The position numbers and the translations under genes were made by a program. 64,000 nucleotides of DNA. Origin: Prorocentrum cordatum (taxonomy: Eukaryota). Positions within the stretch are counted from its first letter, which is position 1. Each line of letters begins with the position of its first letter. This document shows positions 1 through 11,405 of this stretch, one piece after another. The stretch covers positions 124,001 to 188,000 of the forward strand of contig CAUYUJ010000259.1 of NCBI GenBank assembly GCA_963575745.1, given 5' to 3'. The notes under the pieces were generated by a model. It made no database searches. It saw only the letters and a list, made by a program, of their open reading frames with translations, and had not been told where the DNA came from.

Positions 1-321
1 CCTGGGCGAACCGCTAGACCTCGCGCGCCCTGCGCCGCCAGCGGTCGCCTACCCCACGGAGGTCTACCTGCAGGCGCGTGCAGAGGTGGCTACCCGAGCT
101 GCCGCACGCCGGGCCGAAGCTGCTGGACAGGCAAAAGCCGAACGCCAGTCGAGGGCTGCACTACCAGACCCACCCACACCAGCGCAGCAACCCCCGATTG
201 CTGGCAAGACGTCCTGTGCGGGGAGGGCGCGAATACGCCAGCGCAGCAATCCCCGCTTGATGTGTGCAGTATGTATAGTGCGAGTGGCACATGGGCACCC
301 GTGGCGGGCATGCTCGCACCG

Positions 322-343
322 TCCGCGGCCATTTTGGCTCAAG
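322..343 (+). other. Dinoflagellate spliced-leader relic
   Basis: TCCGCGGCCATTTTGGCTCAAG matches the canonical DCCGTAGCCATTTTGGCTCAAG at 20/22; lies 70 bp upstream of ATG 413. Confidence 0.9.
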
Positions 344-412
344 CGCTGACGTGCGGCTCTCGTTGTGTCCCTGCCGGTCGATCTTGGGCTTCTCTCGGCT
401 CTCGCGATTGCG

Positions 413-1780
413 ATGGATTCCGGCGGCTTCCCCGACGCGCCGCCGGCTCCAGCCACCGTCGGGGGTGGTGCTCTTCGCGGGCCTTTCCCCAAGGCAGCGG
501 CGGCGCCGCGTGGCACGCCGTCGGCAATGGCGGGGCTCACGCCAGACAATCCTCGAGACAACCGGTTTCGGCGGTGACTTGGCTAAGGCGTTGGTGGCGG
601 CCGTTGGCGGGGACTCGGGCCCTGCCGTCGCGGACTTCGTGGCCATCTTGGAGCAGGTCTTGGTCAACGTGCTCAGCCAGCTCGAGGTCGAGGGCATTCC
701 GGCGTCGCCCATCGTCCACGGCCGCGCTGTGCGGGCGATTCGGGCCGTCTTCGACGCGGCGGGGCTGCCGCCGCCCAGCTTGGGCGCGCCAGTGTCCACG
801 GCGGCTGCGGCTCGGCCTTCTGGGGCCCCGCAGGACGAGCCCTCGCCCGCGCCGGCGGCGGGCGACAAGCCGCGGTTCTCGGACATCATCGACCCGGGGG
901 CGGAGGGCGCCTTCAACCACCTTCTCTCAAAGGACGACGTGACGGTGGCGCGCGAGAGGCGCGTCGCGGTCACAGGGGGGCCCCCGCCCGAGCACGCGCG
1001 GCCTTCGGCCGCGCAGATCTCGGGGCTCGCGGCGCTGCTAAAGGCCAAGGCCTCGCCCTATGTCGATTTCGCCGTGTTCGGGACGTTTGGCCGCAGGAGG
1101 GCGAAAGCCGGGCAGTTCGAGGCGCAAGCCTTCGTGGACGGGCGCCTCGAGACGAGGGTGCTGTCGGGCCCCTCGAACTTCGAGGCCTGGCGGTCGTCCT
1201 GGCAGGTCTTGCGCTCGTGCTTGATCTGCCTGGGAGCCGCCCCGTCCGCGGCGTCGGACGCGTGCGAGGATGGCACCCGTCAGCTCTCCATCCTGTGCCC
1301 GTCCAACTGGGGCGTCATCCTCGGGGCCGACGACGCGGTCAGGTCCGAGAAGTGGGGCGCTCTCCTGGAGGGGCACCTCGCATTCAACCCGGATGACGAC
1401 CAGGCGCGGGCGCACGTCACCAGCGCCACCGCCCCCGGCGGCGAGCCGCCGGTTGCCCGGTCGGCCCACCGGTGGTGGATGCGCGTCGGCGCCCCCTGCA
1501 CTCCCCGCCGCGGATGGGGGGGCCAGACGGGCTCTCTGGTCGACCGTCTGGAGGGCGCCCCAGCCGGGACGCTTCCGGACCCCTCAGCCCCGCCGCCCCG
1601 CGCCCAGGCGGGCCGGCAGCGTGGCCCGCGGGGCGGCGGCGGCCAGGCTGGCGGCCAGCAGCGGGCGCAGCCGCCGCCGCAGCGGCAGCCGCAGCAGCAG
1701 GGCCCGGCAAGGCAGGGTTCGAGCGCTGGCGGGGGCGGCGCCCCGGCCGCTGACAAGCCCACCGAGGCGTGCAACCTCTG
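413..1780 (+). pseudogene. Gag-like ORF1 of the retrotransposon, 5' part
   Basis: ATG 413 (MDSGGFPD...) frameshifts near 545 into ORF 291..1805 (ILETTGFGGDLAKAL...PYVDFAVFGTFGRR...GPSNFEAWRSSWQVLRSCLICL...EACNL), which stops matching at the transposon left end. Confidence 0.7.
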
Positions 1781-1995
1781 CTTAGAGATTCTTCGCGCCT
1801 GTTAAGTGTTATAGGGCTGTTAGACATCTTAATATGAGATAACATGAGATATCTGATGTATGTTATAGAGGAAGTTGTAAGACTTATAGCTCGACTTACT
1901 ATCTCAGATATCTCAGTGGTCCACAGCTGGCGTTTCCCCTAAGCGGTGGGCAAGCCGCGTAAATCCGATAAATTTGGCAGCCCGCGTTTCGCCCC

Positions 1996-2107
1996 AGCGG
2001 TCTTCCAACCGCTTTCCAGCGGTCTTCCAACCGCTTTTCGTCTGGGAGGCCATGTTGGTCCACCAAACGCTTGCGAGCTGAAGTGCACCAGCGGTCCCCC
2101 AACCGCT
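1996..2107. promoter_or_regulatory. Cluster of palindromic sites AGCGGT-N6-ACCGCT upstream of cargo gene A
   Basis: Perfect copies at 1996-2013, 2018-2035 and 2090-2107; further copies at 3969, 4020, 5280, 6806, 6863, 8876 and 11074. Function is inferred. Confidence 0.55.
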
Positions 2108-2199
2108 TCTCCTATCCTGTCTCCCCATTGGCATCTCGCCCGCGAGCGCCATTTGGAGCTCAAGCTGTAGTTGTCAGCTGTTTGGGGCCCGCTGCCGCG

Positions 2200-3650
2200 A
2201 TGCAGGGCGATTTGCATGCCCAGATTGAGGCTTCAGTCGCTGTAGTGAACAGCAACCCCATGAGGCGCTCGAGCGCGCAGAAAGACCGTTTGCTGGCACT
2301 CTTCAGGCAGAACCCGACTTCCGTGAGCAGCGCCGTGCCTGCGATCATGCAAGAGCGAGCCTTAGGCAAGTGGGCCGAGGCCGACCACGACGCCCTGGTG
2401 GACGCAGTGAGCGGCATGATGTCGGCGGGTTCCTCGACAGATCGTGGCGGTGAGAATGGCTCGTCCCAGCAAGATTTCCAGAGTTTCGTTCACTTTCTTA
2501 CGGCCTCTCAATGGAAGAAGCTGTGTGATGGGGGCGAAGACATCCTGGTGTTGTTGCGCCGCTTCCTGCAGTCCCTGGGCTGCCGCAACCCTTGCGAGAA
2601 GACGTCCAGAATTGCGACTGTAGCGTTGGCCCTGGTGTCTGACCCTTGGAAAAAAAGTTCGGGCGATGAATGCTGGCATCTGGCAGCCCATGCACGACGC
2701 CACGAAGGGCCACCTGAAGACCCATCTCAGGGGCGTGCCTCCGTTCAAACACTTGCCCAATACGCCCGCTGAGTTAAAGGAGAAGCACCCGCACTTCTAC
2801 AGCGAGTTGTACAGGGATGAAGGTCCGACCGCGCGCCCCTTCACTGCCGTCCAGATCGGCTTCATTAAAAGCGGGATTCGCTGCAGGGGTGCGAAGCAGA
2901 GGGGCGCAGGGCCCAGCGGTGCTGGCGCTGGCCCAATGGTCGCCGTTGCAGGTGGCACTGGGTTCGATCAGTTCGCGAATGTTTTGGGCTGCGCGGTGAA
3001 GCAGGTCATTGACGGCCAGTCCAAAATCCTCGAGATGCTCGCTGGCATCAAGAGCGGCCCGTCGGCCCCCAACCTGTGCAACTTGAAGATCTTCGGCCGG
3101 GATCGTGGTCAGCATGGCCAGCCGCGCGGCAGACTCGGATTGCCCGAACTCGGCGCAGGCGATCTCGGGAACGCGATGTCGGCCGCGCCCCCCTCGGCAA
3201 GAGCCGCCGCCGAGGACGGGGCCGAAGGCGAGGAGGGGGGGGGGGGGGGGGGCAAGGGCGAGCCCGCGGACCAGCCGACGACAGCGCCCCCCACGGCTAC
3301 TCCGGGCCCAAAGGCGCCGAAGGTCAGCGGCAAGGAGGCGATGGAGATTGTCCAGAAGGCCATGGGCTCCCGCAAGAAATCCGACGAGGCCCCCCGCGCG
3401 AAGTCCGACGAGGCCCCTGGCGTGACCATGAAGCGCCCCGCGGCATGCAACAAGAGGCCTGCAGCGCACGACGACGGCAGTAGAAAGAAGGCTTCGTGGA
3501 GCGTCGAGCGGCCCCGCGGCAGGGCCATGGCTCGCGCGGGCCCCAAGGGTGCCTCCGAGAACGTCGGGTTCCGTTTCAAGGACTATGGCGGCCATCGAGG
3601 CGGCTGAGAAGTGGGTGGCCACGAAGAATCGCGAGATGGGCTTTGATTGA
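2200..3650 (+). pseudogene. Transposon cargo gene A: unknown N-terminal domain, KRPAA motifs, possible AP2-like C-terminal DNA-binding domain
   Basis: ATG 2200 (MQGDLHAQ...QDFQSFVHFLTASQW...LGCRNPCEKT), frameshift at the A-run ~2650 into ORF 2666..3607, second shift ~3590 to AIEAAEKWVATKNREMGFD*. Confidence 0.65.
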
Positions 3651-4455
3651 GCTGCGTCGCCCAAGCATGCATCTAGGTGACACTTTTCGGGGCGAGTGCA
3701 CAGAGCTAGAAAGGTTCCATTGTAAATTGAATCGTGATGTGTCTTGGAAGGTGCAAACAACAAATACCACATCATTAGTGTTGCTCCCTCCACTCCCCCA
3801 TCCAACCATTCCCCATAATTCTTGGTTGCGTTATCACGGGCGACCTCCCTGGTGGATCCATGGGGTCCGTTCACGCCTGCGGGGGAAGGGGCGAGGGGCG
3901 GCGACGGCCACCTGCCATCATCTGTTCTATGGGCCCGGCCGCTAATGTCAACGGCCAAGCGTTATGTCAGCGGTCATCCAACTGCTAATGCAGCGCATGG
4001 GTCGGTAAAGCGTTATCTCAGCGGTCATCCAACCGCTAATGCCACGGACGGTCAAGCGCCCTCCTCCCTCCCCCCTCCCTCCTCCCTCCTCCCTCTCTCC
4101 TACCTCCTCCTCCCTCCTCCCTCCTCCCTTCTCCCTCCCTCCTTCCTCCTCCCTCCTCCCTGCCTCCCTCCTCCTCCCTCCCCCCTCCTCCCTCCCCCCC
4201 TCCCTCCTCTCTCCATCATCCTCGTGCTAAGCCTACTCCCCCATTGTTCTGTTTAGGCTCCTTCAGGTCAAAAAATGCCGTGTGAACCCCTGGCCCCAAG
4301 AGGCCCGTCTCGTCAAACAGCGTCGGGGTAAATCCTGCCCAGACGCACGAACTTGCCATTGCGCTGAGCCCCCTCCTCCTCGCCAATCTCATCTGTCATA
4401 TTTTGCTCGAGCTTGGCCTCTTTTGGCGCCTTGCGCAAGCGACCCATCGCCTGCA

Positions 4456-4919
4456 ATGGGACGCCTTGGCGACGCCGTTGCCCAATCGGACGCCCACTTC
4501 GAGGCGTTCCAGGAGCTCTGCGCAGCTTGGCTACCAGGCGGCGCCCACTATCAGGAGCCTGGCTTGCCAGTTCAGGGCGCGCCCGCTGCTTCGAACGAGG
4601 TCGACAGCGCGCAGCGCGGGACCATCATTATCCCCATGGATGGTTCGGGCCCTTCGGCAGCTCCGGCTCCAAGCCCTTTGGCAGCTCCAGCTCCAGCTAC
4701 AAGCGCGGGATCAGCTGCAAGTTCAGACCCTTCGGCGTCCACGTCGGCTTCGCGCAAGCGCAGCGTCTCTGAGGCCGAGCTGAACGCTGGGGCAACAGCG
4801 GCGGGCGCAATCAGGAGCACTTCAAGGAGTGGCACAAGCAGTTCTACAAGGCCAAGTGCGAGGGCAGACTGCCAGAGTTTCACCAGCAGCACGGTTCCAG
4901 GCCTGTGCCGCCGAAGTAG
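4456..4919 (+). pseudogene. Transposon cargo gene B: small protein of unknown function
   Basis: ATG 4456 (MGRLGDAVAQSDAHFEAFQELCAAW...), low-complexity linker, frameshift ~4790 to GNSGGRNQEHFKEWHKQFYKAKCEGRLPEFHQQHGSRPVPPK*. Confidence 0.6.
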
Positions 4920-5394
4920 CGCGACGCCGCGTGGCGCCGCTGAGTTGGGCCGCAGTGCGCTCGGCTGCCCCGACAGGTCCGCTGAAGGCGCGACGGGTTT
5001 GAAACAACCAGCGTCGACCCAAACTCTTCGGGAAGGAGGGGCCGATGGGATTGAGCGGGGTCTGGGCGTCTGGGGGCCTAGGGGGCGAAGCTGCCGAGGG
5101 GGGCCAGGGGCCACGGAATCGAGCGGATGCGACAGGGGGGGCGGGTGCGGGGGGGGCAAAGGGGTGGCGTTTAGGTCGGGGGAGGGGGGCGGGGGCGGGG
5201 GGGGGGGGGCGAGGGGCGGCAAACAAAAACGATTTCCCCGAAACTGGACCAAAGGTCAATGTGCGCCCCCGCACGTATTAGCGGTCTGCCAACTGCTGGG
5301 GCACCTTCGTTTCTCGGTTGCCATTCGAGCGTGTAGGCGCTTTGGCTCGAGACACCCGCTTGCCCGCTCATTCTTTTCAAATCGAGCTCGCCGC

Positions 5395-6201
5395 GTGGCC
5401 GACGACGATCGCAGCCGCGAGGGGTGGGCGGCTGGGGGTACCTGGTTCTATTGCAAAGAATGCCCGATGGCCGAGCAATGCTCCAAGAGGGCTTGGTCTA
5501 GCGCAAAGGTCTGGGGCTGGACAATGGGGGGGTGCACGGACAGACTCGAGGCCCACTTGGCGCAATCTGGTCTCCGCATGGGTGAGATCCACTCGCAGCT
5601 CAGGCTGGAGAACCTCATCGAGGAAGCAGAGTACGTCGAGGTTTCTATTGCGCAGACGGAGGCCGACGCTCACGCCAAGGAGCTGAAAGAGTGGCTGCTG
5701 CAGAAGAAGCAGAAGTAGAAGACCTCTGATGACGCCCCACGTGTCGCCATTCCGAAGACGCTCGCACCAACGACACCGCCGCGCATGCAGGAGCCTATCG
5801 TGGTAGACCCACCAGGCACCGAACAGCCGAAGAAGCGCCTTTCTGTCGTCCCGAAGCCACCACCTGGGCCTCATCGTGCTGAGGTTGCCCAGCCTGCGCA
5901 CGCCGCGTGCGACCAGCAAGACGCACTGGCGCTGCCGCAATCATCGTCGGGACCGAGCGGCGCTGCGACCACCCCGCAGCTTCGGGCCAGGCTGTCCCGC
6001 GGCGACCCCAACTGCGCCATCGTCATTCGCTCGGTCGAGCTCCAGGCTGTGATCGACGCGGCGAGGCGCTCGAGCGCCGCAGCTAAGTCTGCTCAGCGCA
6101 TTTGCGAGCAAGCAGCGCGGTTCTTTGCTTCTGAAGCCAACGTTCAGGATCAGAGCGTGGTTGACGTAGAGGCCAGGATGCCCGTCGCTTTCGGTCTTTA
6201 G
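5395..6201 (+). pseudogene. Transposon cargo gene C: Cys/His (Zn-binding-like) N-terminus and Ala-rich helical C-terminus
   Basis: FYCKECPMAEQCSKRAW...EAHLAQSGL, stop at 5716-5718, continuing in ORF 5785..6201 (ELQAVIDAARRSSAAAKSAQRICEQAARFFASEA); start appears as GTG. Confidence 0.6.
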
Positions 6202-6323
6202 ATTGCGCGGGGCCTCGTCGGGGCGGGCCAGACCGCCGCTTGCAACGTTCAGTGGCACACTTGCGCCGACATCGCGCTGCGGACGAGCAAACCAAAAACA
6301 TCATCGCCATCATCGCCGTGGTC

Positions 6324-6590
6324 CCGGTACATATCGATACATCTCGATGCGCCGTCGATACGCGTCCCGGTGCACCGCCGATACACCGCCGATGCGCGAC
6401 CGATGCGTCGCCGATACACCACCGATACATGCCGATACACGCCGATACGCGCCGATACACGCATCGGCGCGCATCGGCGTGTATCGGGCGTGTATCGGGC
6501 GTGTATCGAAACATGTATCGAGATGCACCGGTACCTGTATCGACCCTGTATCGACCCTGTATCGAAGCGTATCGAACCCTATCGGCTCGT
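6324..6590. repeat. CGAT-rich palindromic repeat between cargo genes C and D
   Basis: Runs of GCCGATAC/GTATCGG; inverted repeat 6324-6342 / 6513-6531. Confidence 0.7.
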
Positions 6591-6970
6591 ACCGCTCAGT
6601 TCTGGCTTGGGGCCTCCGTCCCGCTGGTTGGGGGTTTCATGTTGGATGGTTTTGCGTCCCTCGATTTTATATCCCATGTTTCTGAGGACGCTCATCTTCG
6701 CTTCTGGCGTGTCAAAGTTGACCTTCGGCCTGCCCTTGCAGGCGACGTTCTATCTATATATCCTTCCTTATGCTTGGGGGGGGGGGCTCCTCTTGCTCGG
6801 CCCCAAGCGGTCTTCCAACCGCTCCCATCGCCAACATTGCGAATCTATATTTCCCGACTCCAAGCGGTCCGCCAACCGCTACACAGAGGACCGCGGAGAC
6901 CAGAGTGCCCGCTGCATATTCAGCTGGCTCTGCAGCGCCGCGAACAGCCTCGGCCTTCCGCGTCGCTCGC

Positions 6971-8446
6971 ATGAAGGGGGCTGCCGCGCTCTTCGGCGGC
7001 AAGGAAGGGCTCGCGGCGGCGCGGCAGCAGAAGCGGGGCGCAGACGCAGCCGCCGCTGCAGATAAGGCGGCGCAGAAGAAGGCGAAACTTGCTGCGACAA
7101 GAGAGGGCACCAAGAGGCTGAATAAGCAGGCCCGAGAGGCGATCGCCGAGGTCTTCGCCAAGATTCCCGAGCCAGGAGATGAGGCGCATCCAACTGCCGA
7201 GCCCGAGGGTGGAGCTGACAGCGTAGCAAGTGGTGTCAAGGCGGAACAGGTCGTTGAGGACGAGGGCTTGCACACGGGTGGCGCGCCGCCCCCCACGCTG
7301 GCACGCGATCCTGATGTCAAGGCCGATTTCGCCGAAGTCACGATGGGGTTGGTGACGGACACCAGGTGCATGCGTTGCTGCAAGGTGGTAAACACGCTGA
7401 AGGCGACCCAGAAGACGAAGACCAAATGGATGTGCTTCTCGTGCGGAGCAAGGGGCACGAAGTTGTTCCGCATGTACGGCAGCTGGCCCTGCTCGGAGTT
7501 CCAGGGGCTCCCACAGTCTGAACAAAAGGCCTTTTGGGGTGCTCCTGTAGAGAACGACTCCGACGCAGCACTCGAGAAGCTCGTGGTGGGGAGCATCGCC
7601 AAGTCCATCGCTGACAAGGAGACGGACGTGCACGAGGGAGGTTTCCAGCCCCTGTCGCACTGGGAGAAAAAAGGGTACGACGTGGAGATGATCCAGAACA
7701 ACGCCCCGAAGCACATGCAAGAGTGGCGCAGCCAGCTTGGATAGACCTACAACGTCGCCGTTCACAAACAGAGCAAGGGCAATATTTTCGAGACTGTGCG
7801 CACCCAGATTCTACAGAAGAGAACCGACGTGGCCATGGCCAAGGGCAGCGGCTCCCCGCGGCCATCTTTCTTGGCGCCTGGAGGTATCACGGGCTCGAAC
7901 CTCACAAACGTCGGCGCGAGTGCAGTCAAGGGGATCGAGACGGAGAAGGGCGACGCTGGGGAGAGAGGCAAGAAGGACAATAATAACAAGAAACGTAAAT
8001 CTTCTTCGAGCTCGTCGGGCTCGAGCGCCAAGAAGGCCAATCAGAAGAGGAGGGAAGCCAAAAAAAGTAAAGCAGGAGGAGAAGGAGCGCATCAAAGCAG
8101 AGAAACTCGAGAAGTCCACCGGGGACAAGGCCACGAGAAGCAACCACTCATGCTCCAAAAAATGATTCAGAAAGCTAGCGCAGTGCAAGTCTCGTTGGAT
8201 CGTGACCTCGTGGATTCGTTCCTCAAAGAAGTCCCGAGCGTCGTGAAGGCTGCTGCGGAAAAGGCCTACAAAGAGATCAGAGCGCTGGTGGAGAAGGCGA
8301 CGGATAACCTCGGGAGCGAGTCGCCTGAAGCTTGGGAGGATGACTTAGTGGATACGTTTCCCACGAAGGTTCCACGGTGGGTCGAAGCCGCTCAGTTGCT
8401 GGCAGTCCAGCTTAGCGCTGTCAAGAAGGTGCCAGAGTCGATGTAG
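6971..8446 (+). pseudogene. Transposon cargo gene D: CxxC...CxxC Zn-ribbon-like protein with Lys-rich and helical C-terminus
   Basis: ATG 6971; RCMRCC...WMCFSCG...YGSWP...GGFQPLSHWEKKGYD; premature stop at 7742-7744, frameshifts, continuing into ORF 7796..8446. Confidence 0.65.
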
Positions 8447-9061
8447 AGCTGCCGCCTCTTTTGCCCGAATCGGGCACAATGCCGGCCGATGGGGTCACGC
8501 ATAGCCCGAGCTATGGGTGAGACGGGCCTGGCGCGCTAACTCTTGAGGACCGCCGCATGGGGAGGCGCATCTATCACCTAACGTCGTGCGCTTCTGACGG
8601 AAAAACAAATCGTTGCATCGCCTGTCCAAGGTGAGACCTCGGCGAGCCGCGAGCCCTGGAGGCGCTGGCGCCGTCGCCATTAAGCATGCGATCGCACGTG
8701 ACGTTTATAATGCGCCCCACATTCTGACCTCCTCCATCCTACTCCTTGAACCCCGTTCATCCTTCTCCCCCTCCCCCGTTCCTCTTCCTCCTCCGCCTCC
8801 CTGTTCCGGAACTATTGATGCTCGGTTGTCCCCCCCCCTCCATCCGCCTCCTACCACCGGGCCCCCCTTCCTCCAAGCGGTTAGCCGTCCGCTAGCGCAC
8901 CGCGCATTTTGCGAGCGCGCACCTCGGAGGCTCATGTCACGGCGAGCGGGGCCGCCTTCATCGCCGCCCTATCTCCCCCACCCCCTCTGCCCCTTAATTT
9001 CTTCATTGGCATTTTGCCAGGCTTGCGTGCCGTAGGGTTTGGGCTCAGGCAGGCTCGCCCG

Positions 9062-11069
9062 ATGTTGGCCCAAGCCGAGAAGAGGAATATTTTGGTTACA
9101 CTCGAGAGCGGTGTCTCATATAAGGCACATCGCCGCGTCACGAAGCGCCTGGCCGCCGATCCTGATGGGGCCGCGGATGTCCTCGACCCTGCTTCGATTG
9201 AGAGGGCGCTGGAGGAAGAATATGGCCCGCTGAGACAGAATATTGAGCTTTCGACGCATGACGCCAAAACAAAGACCCATGGCACATTTACGTGGGGAGT
9301 TGCACGCTGCGACAAGATAATTCCCCATTATTTGCCATCAAACGCGTTCGCCCCGTTCGCGTTGCAAGCCCTGAAACAATGCGGCAACAGCTGCGACAAC
9401 CCTTGGCATTTGGTATTGTACTGCGACGAGCTGTTCCCAGGTGCTGCCAAACAAATCAATAACTCGAGGAAGACGCAAGCTTATTACATCAATGTCCTCG
9501 GGTTGCCCAGCGCTTTACAGTTTCACAGGGAGGCGTGGATCCCGATGGGGTTCCTGCGTTCTCCAGTTGGAAAGGATGTGGCGGGCGGTTGGTCGACGAT
9601 TGCTGCGAAGCTGTTGGAGCGGATGTTTCTGGGGCCTCTGAGCATCCGCGATGCTGGCATCACGTTGCAATTACCAGGCTGCGCACCGAGGGTGCAGTTC
9701 TTCGAGATGCATGCCACCATCGGTGATTCGCCAGCGCTGCAGCAAATTTGGGGCACCTTTGGATGCAACGCGAATGTGCCATGCACCCTGGGTTGTCTGA
9801 ATTTGGTGTCGCGTTCACCAGAGATTGTTGTGAATGACGCATCTGGCATCCTAGTGGATATTCTTGCGCAGACCGTTCTCGCTTTATTCGGGCAACAAAC
9901 GAGGACGTGTGGGAGAAGTTCGACATGCTTGCAGCGGCCAAACCCACGACTGGCAAGACTGCGTTCCAACGAATGGAAACGGCGGCTGGGATACACTGCG
10001 TGGAGACAAGCGTGCTGGGCAACGCCGCCCTTCGACGGTACATGCGCCCAGCAGACCAGGCAATGTGACCCCACGCATGTACTTGTTTCAAATGGTGTTG
10101 TGAATTCATGATGTGTACGATATGTTCTCGCATTGCGGTCTCGCCCGTTCTTATGCGAGTATGCGCGCCGTTTCAACGGCCAATTGGAAAGTCCCGAAGC
10201 AGTTCTCGACAGTCGATTTTTCTCGACCTTTCGACGCATACCATCAGACAGCTTCTTACGACGGTGATGGCGCATTCAAATGCCAAGCGAGTGAGATGCT
10301 GAGCGCTGTGCCCTTGATTCGGTATTATGTTGACAGCACTCTTGCGCGATACCCATCACTGAATTTGCAGGTGTCTTCGTTTCGCGCTGTCCACGATCTT
10401 CTTACATTGACGATGCAATGCAAGGCACTCGGCAATGATAGGGTCGATCCTGTCGAGATCGTCCGAGCTGTCAGCAGGCACATGCTCGCTTTTCAAGCTG
10501 CGTATGGGGCTGACAAGCTCAAGCCGAAGCACCATCAATAATTGCACGTCGCCGACAATGCCAGGAAGAATGGTGGCATATTCGATTGCTTCACACAAGA
10601 GCGCAAAGGTGGTTCTGTCAAGCGTGCTGCGGGGCACATCGAATTCGGAGGCAGGTTTGAGCGCAGTGCATGGTTCCGCGTTTGGCACGAGGAGCTTCGA
10701 TCTTTATCTGTGCCCCACCTTTGGTTCAATAATCTGGTGGGCAAGCAAGAATTTTGCTCTTATCTGGATTGTAATGTGGCCCGTGGTGTTTCCTGGAACC
10801 ATGTGCAATGCATGGTCGGCGACATCATCATCGACGACGCTGGGGCGATGGCGTTGATAGTCGCAGCGTGCTGCGCCGCTGACGGGCGGTACTCGCTCCT
10901 TGGCCCTTGTCTCGTCGATGGCGTGCGGGAGACCAGCACGGCCACGAGGTGGCGGCTCGCCAAAGAAGGCGGCCCACAATTGTTTCCTCTGCGTGACGGT
11001 GCCTTGATCAGGCACGCTGCGATGTGGAGCTTTGAAGATATTTCACACGTGCTGGTTATTGAACGGTAA
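9062..11069 (+). pseudogene. DDE transposase, CACTA/Mirage/Chapaev (CMC)-like, inactivated
   Basis: LVLYCDE (first D), IGDSPAL (second D), PCTLGC, DPTH (DxMH-like), KPKHHQ*LH, FTQERK (E): the motif order of CMC/Transib-type transposases. Frameshifts near 9865 and 10065, stops ending at 10111 and 10541. Confidence 0.75.
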
Positions 11070-11405
11070 AAAGAGCGGTCGACCTACCGCTGGGGGGTGG
11101 GAGGGTGGGCACCAGGGCCACTGAGATATATGAGATATTAGCATATATATATATAGCTATATATATATACATAGATCAGATCAACCGACAAGAGTAATAT
11201 ACGTGTGTCACCTACATGCACTCATGATAAGCGGAATAAGCTCATACATTACACCATGTGGGCTTATATCTACGTATACAGCAAATACCACATATTAGGC
11301 TTAAGCTGGCATTTGATGTGGGATCATGGGACATATAGGCCAATATATATATATATATATGCTTTACCAAGCTTGCTTCTCCTACAACCACGCAGAATCT
11401 CTAAG

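Larger units (their letters stand above)
1781..11405 (+). mobile_element. 9,625-bp multi-gene cut-and-paste DNA transposon (CMC-like transposase), TIR CTTAGAGATTCT, 2-bp TSD TG
   Basis: Perfect 12-bp TIRs at 1781-1792 and 11394-11405; TG at 1779-1780 and 11406-11407; excision restores the host gag frame; AT-rich ends; subterminal inverted repeat 1900-1922 / 11115-11137. Confidence 0.92.

Noticed and set aside
1..60. Half-sites resembling the AGCGGT palindrome outside the transposon
   Set aside because: Only partial matches with the wrong spacing; compatible with chance.
4282..5718. Single 478-aa ORF
   Set aside because: A chance fusion of cargo gene B (frameshifted), a poly-G intergenic tract and the start of gene C.
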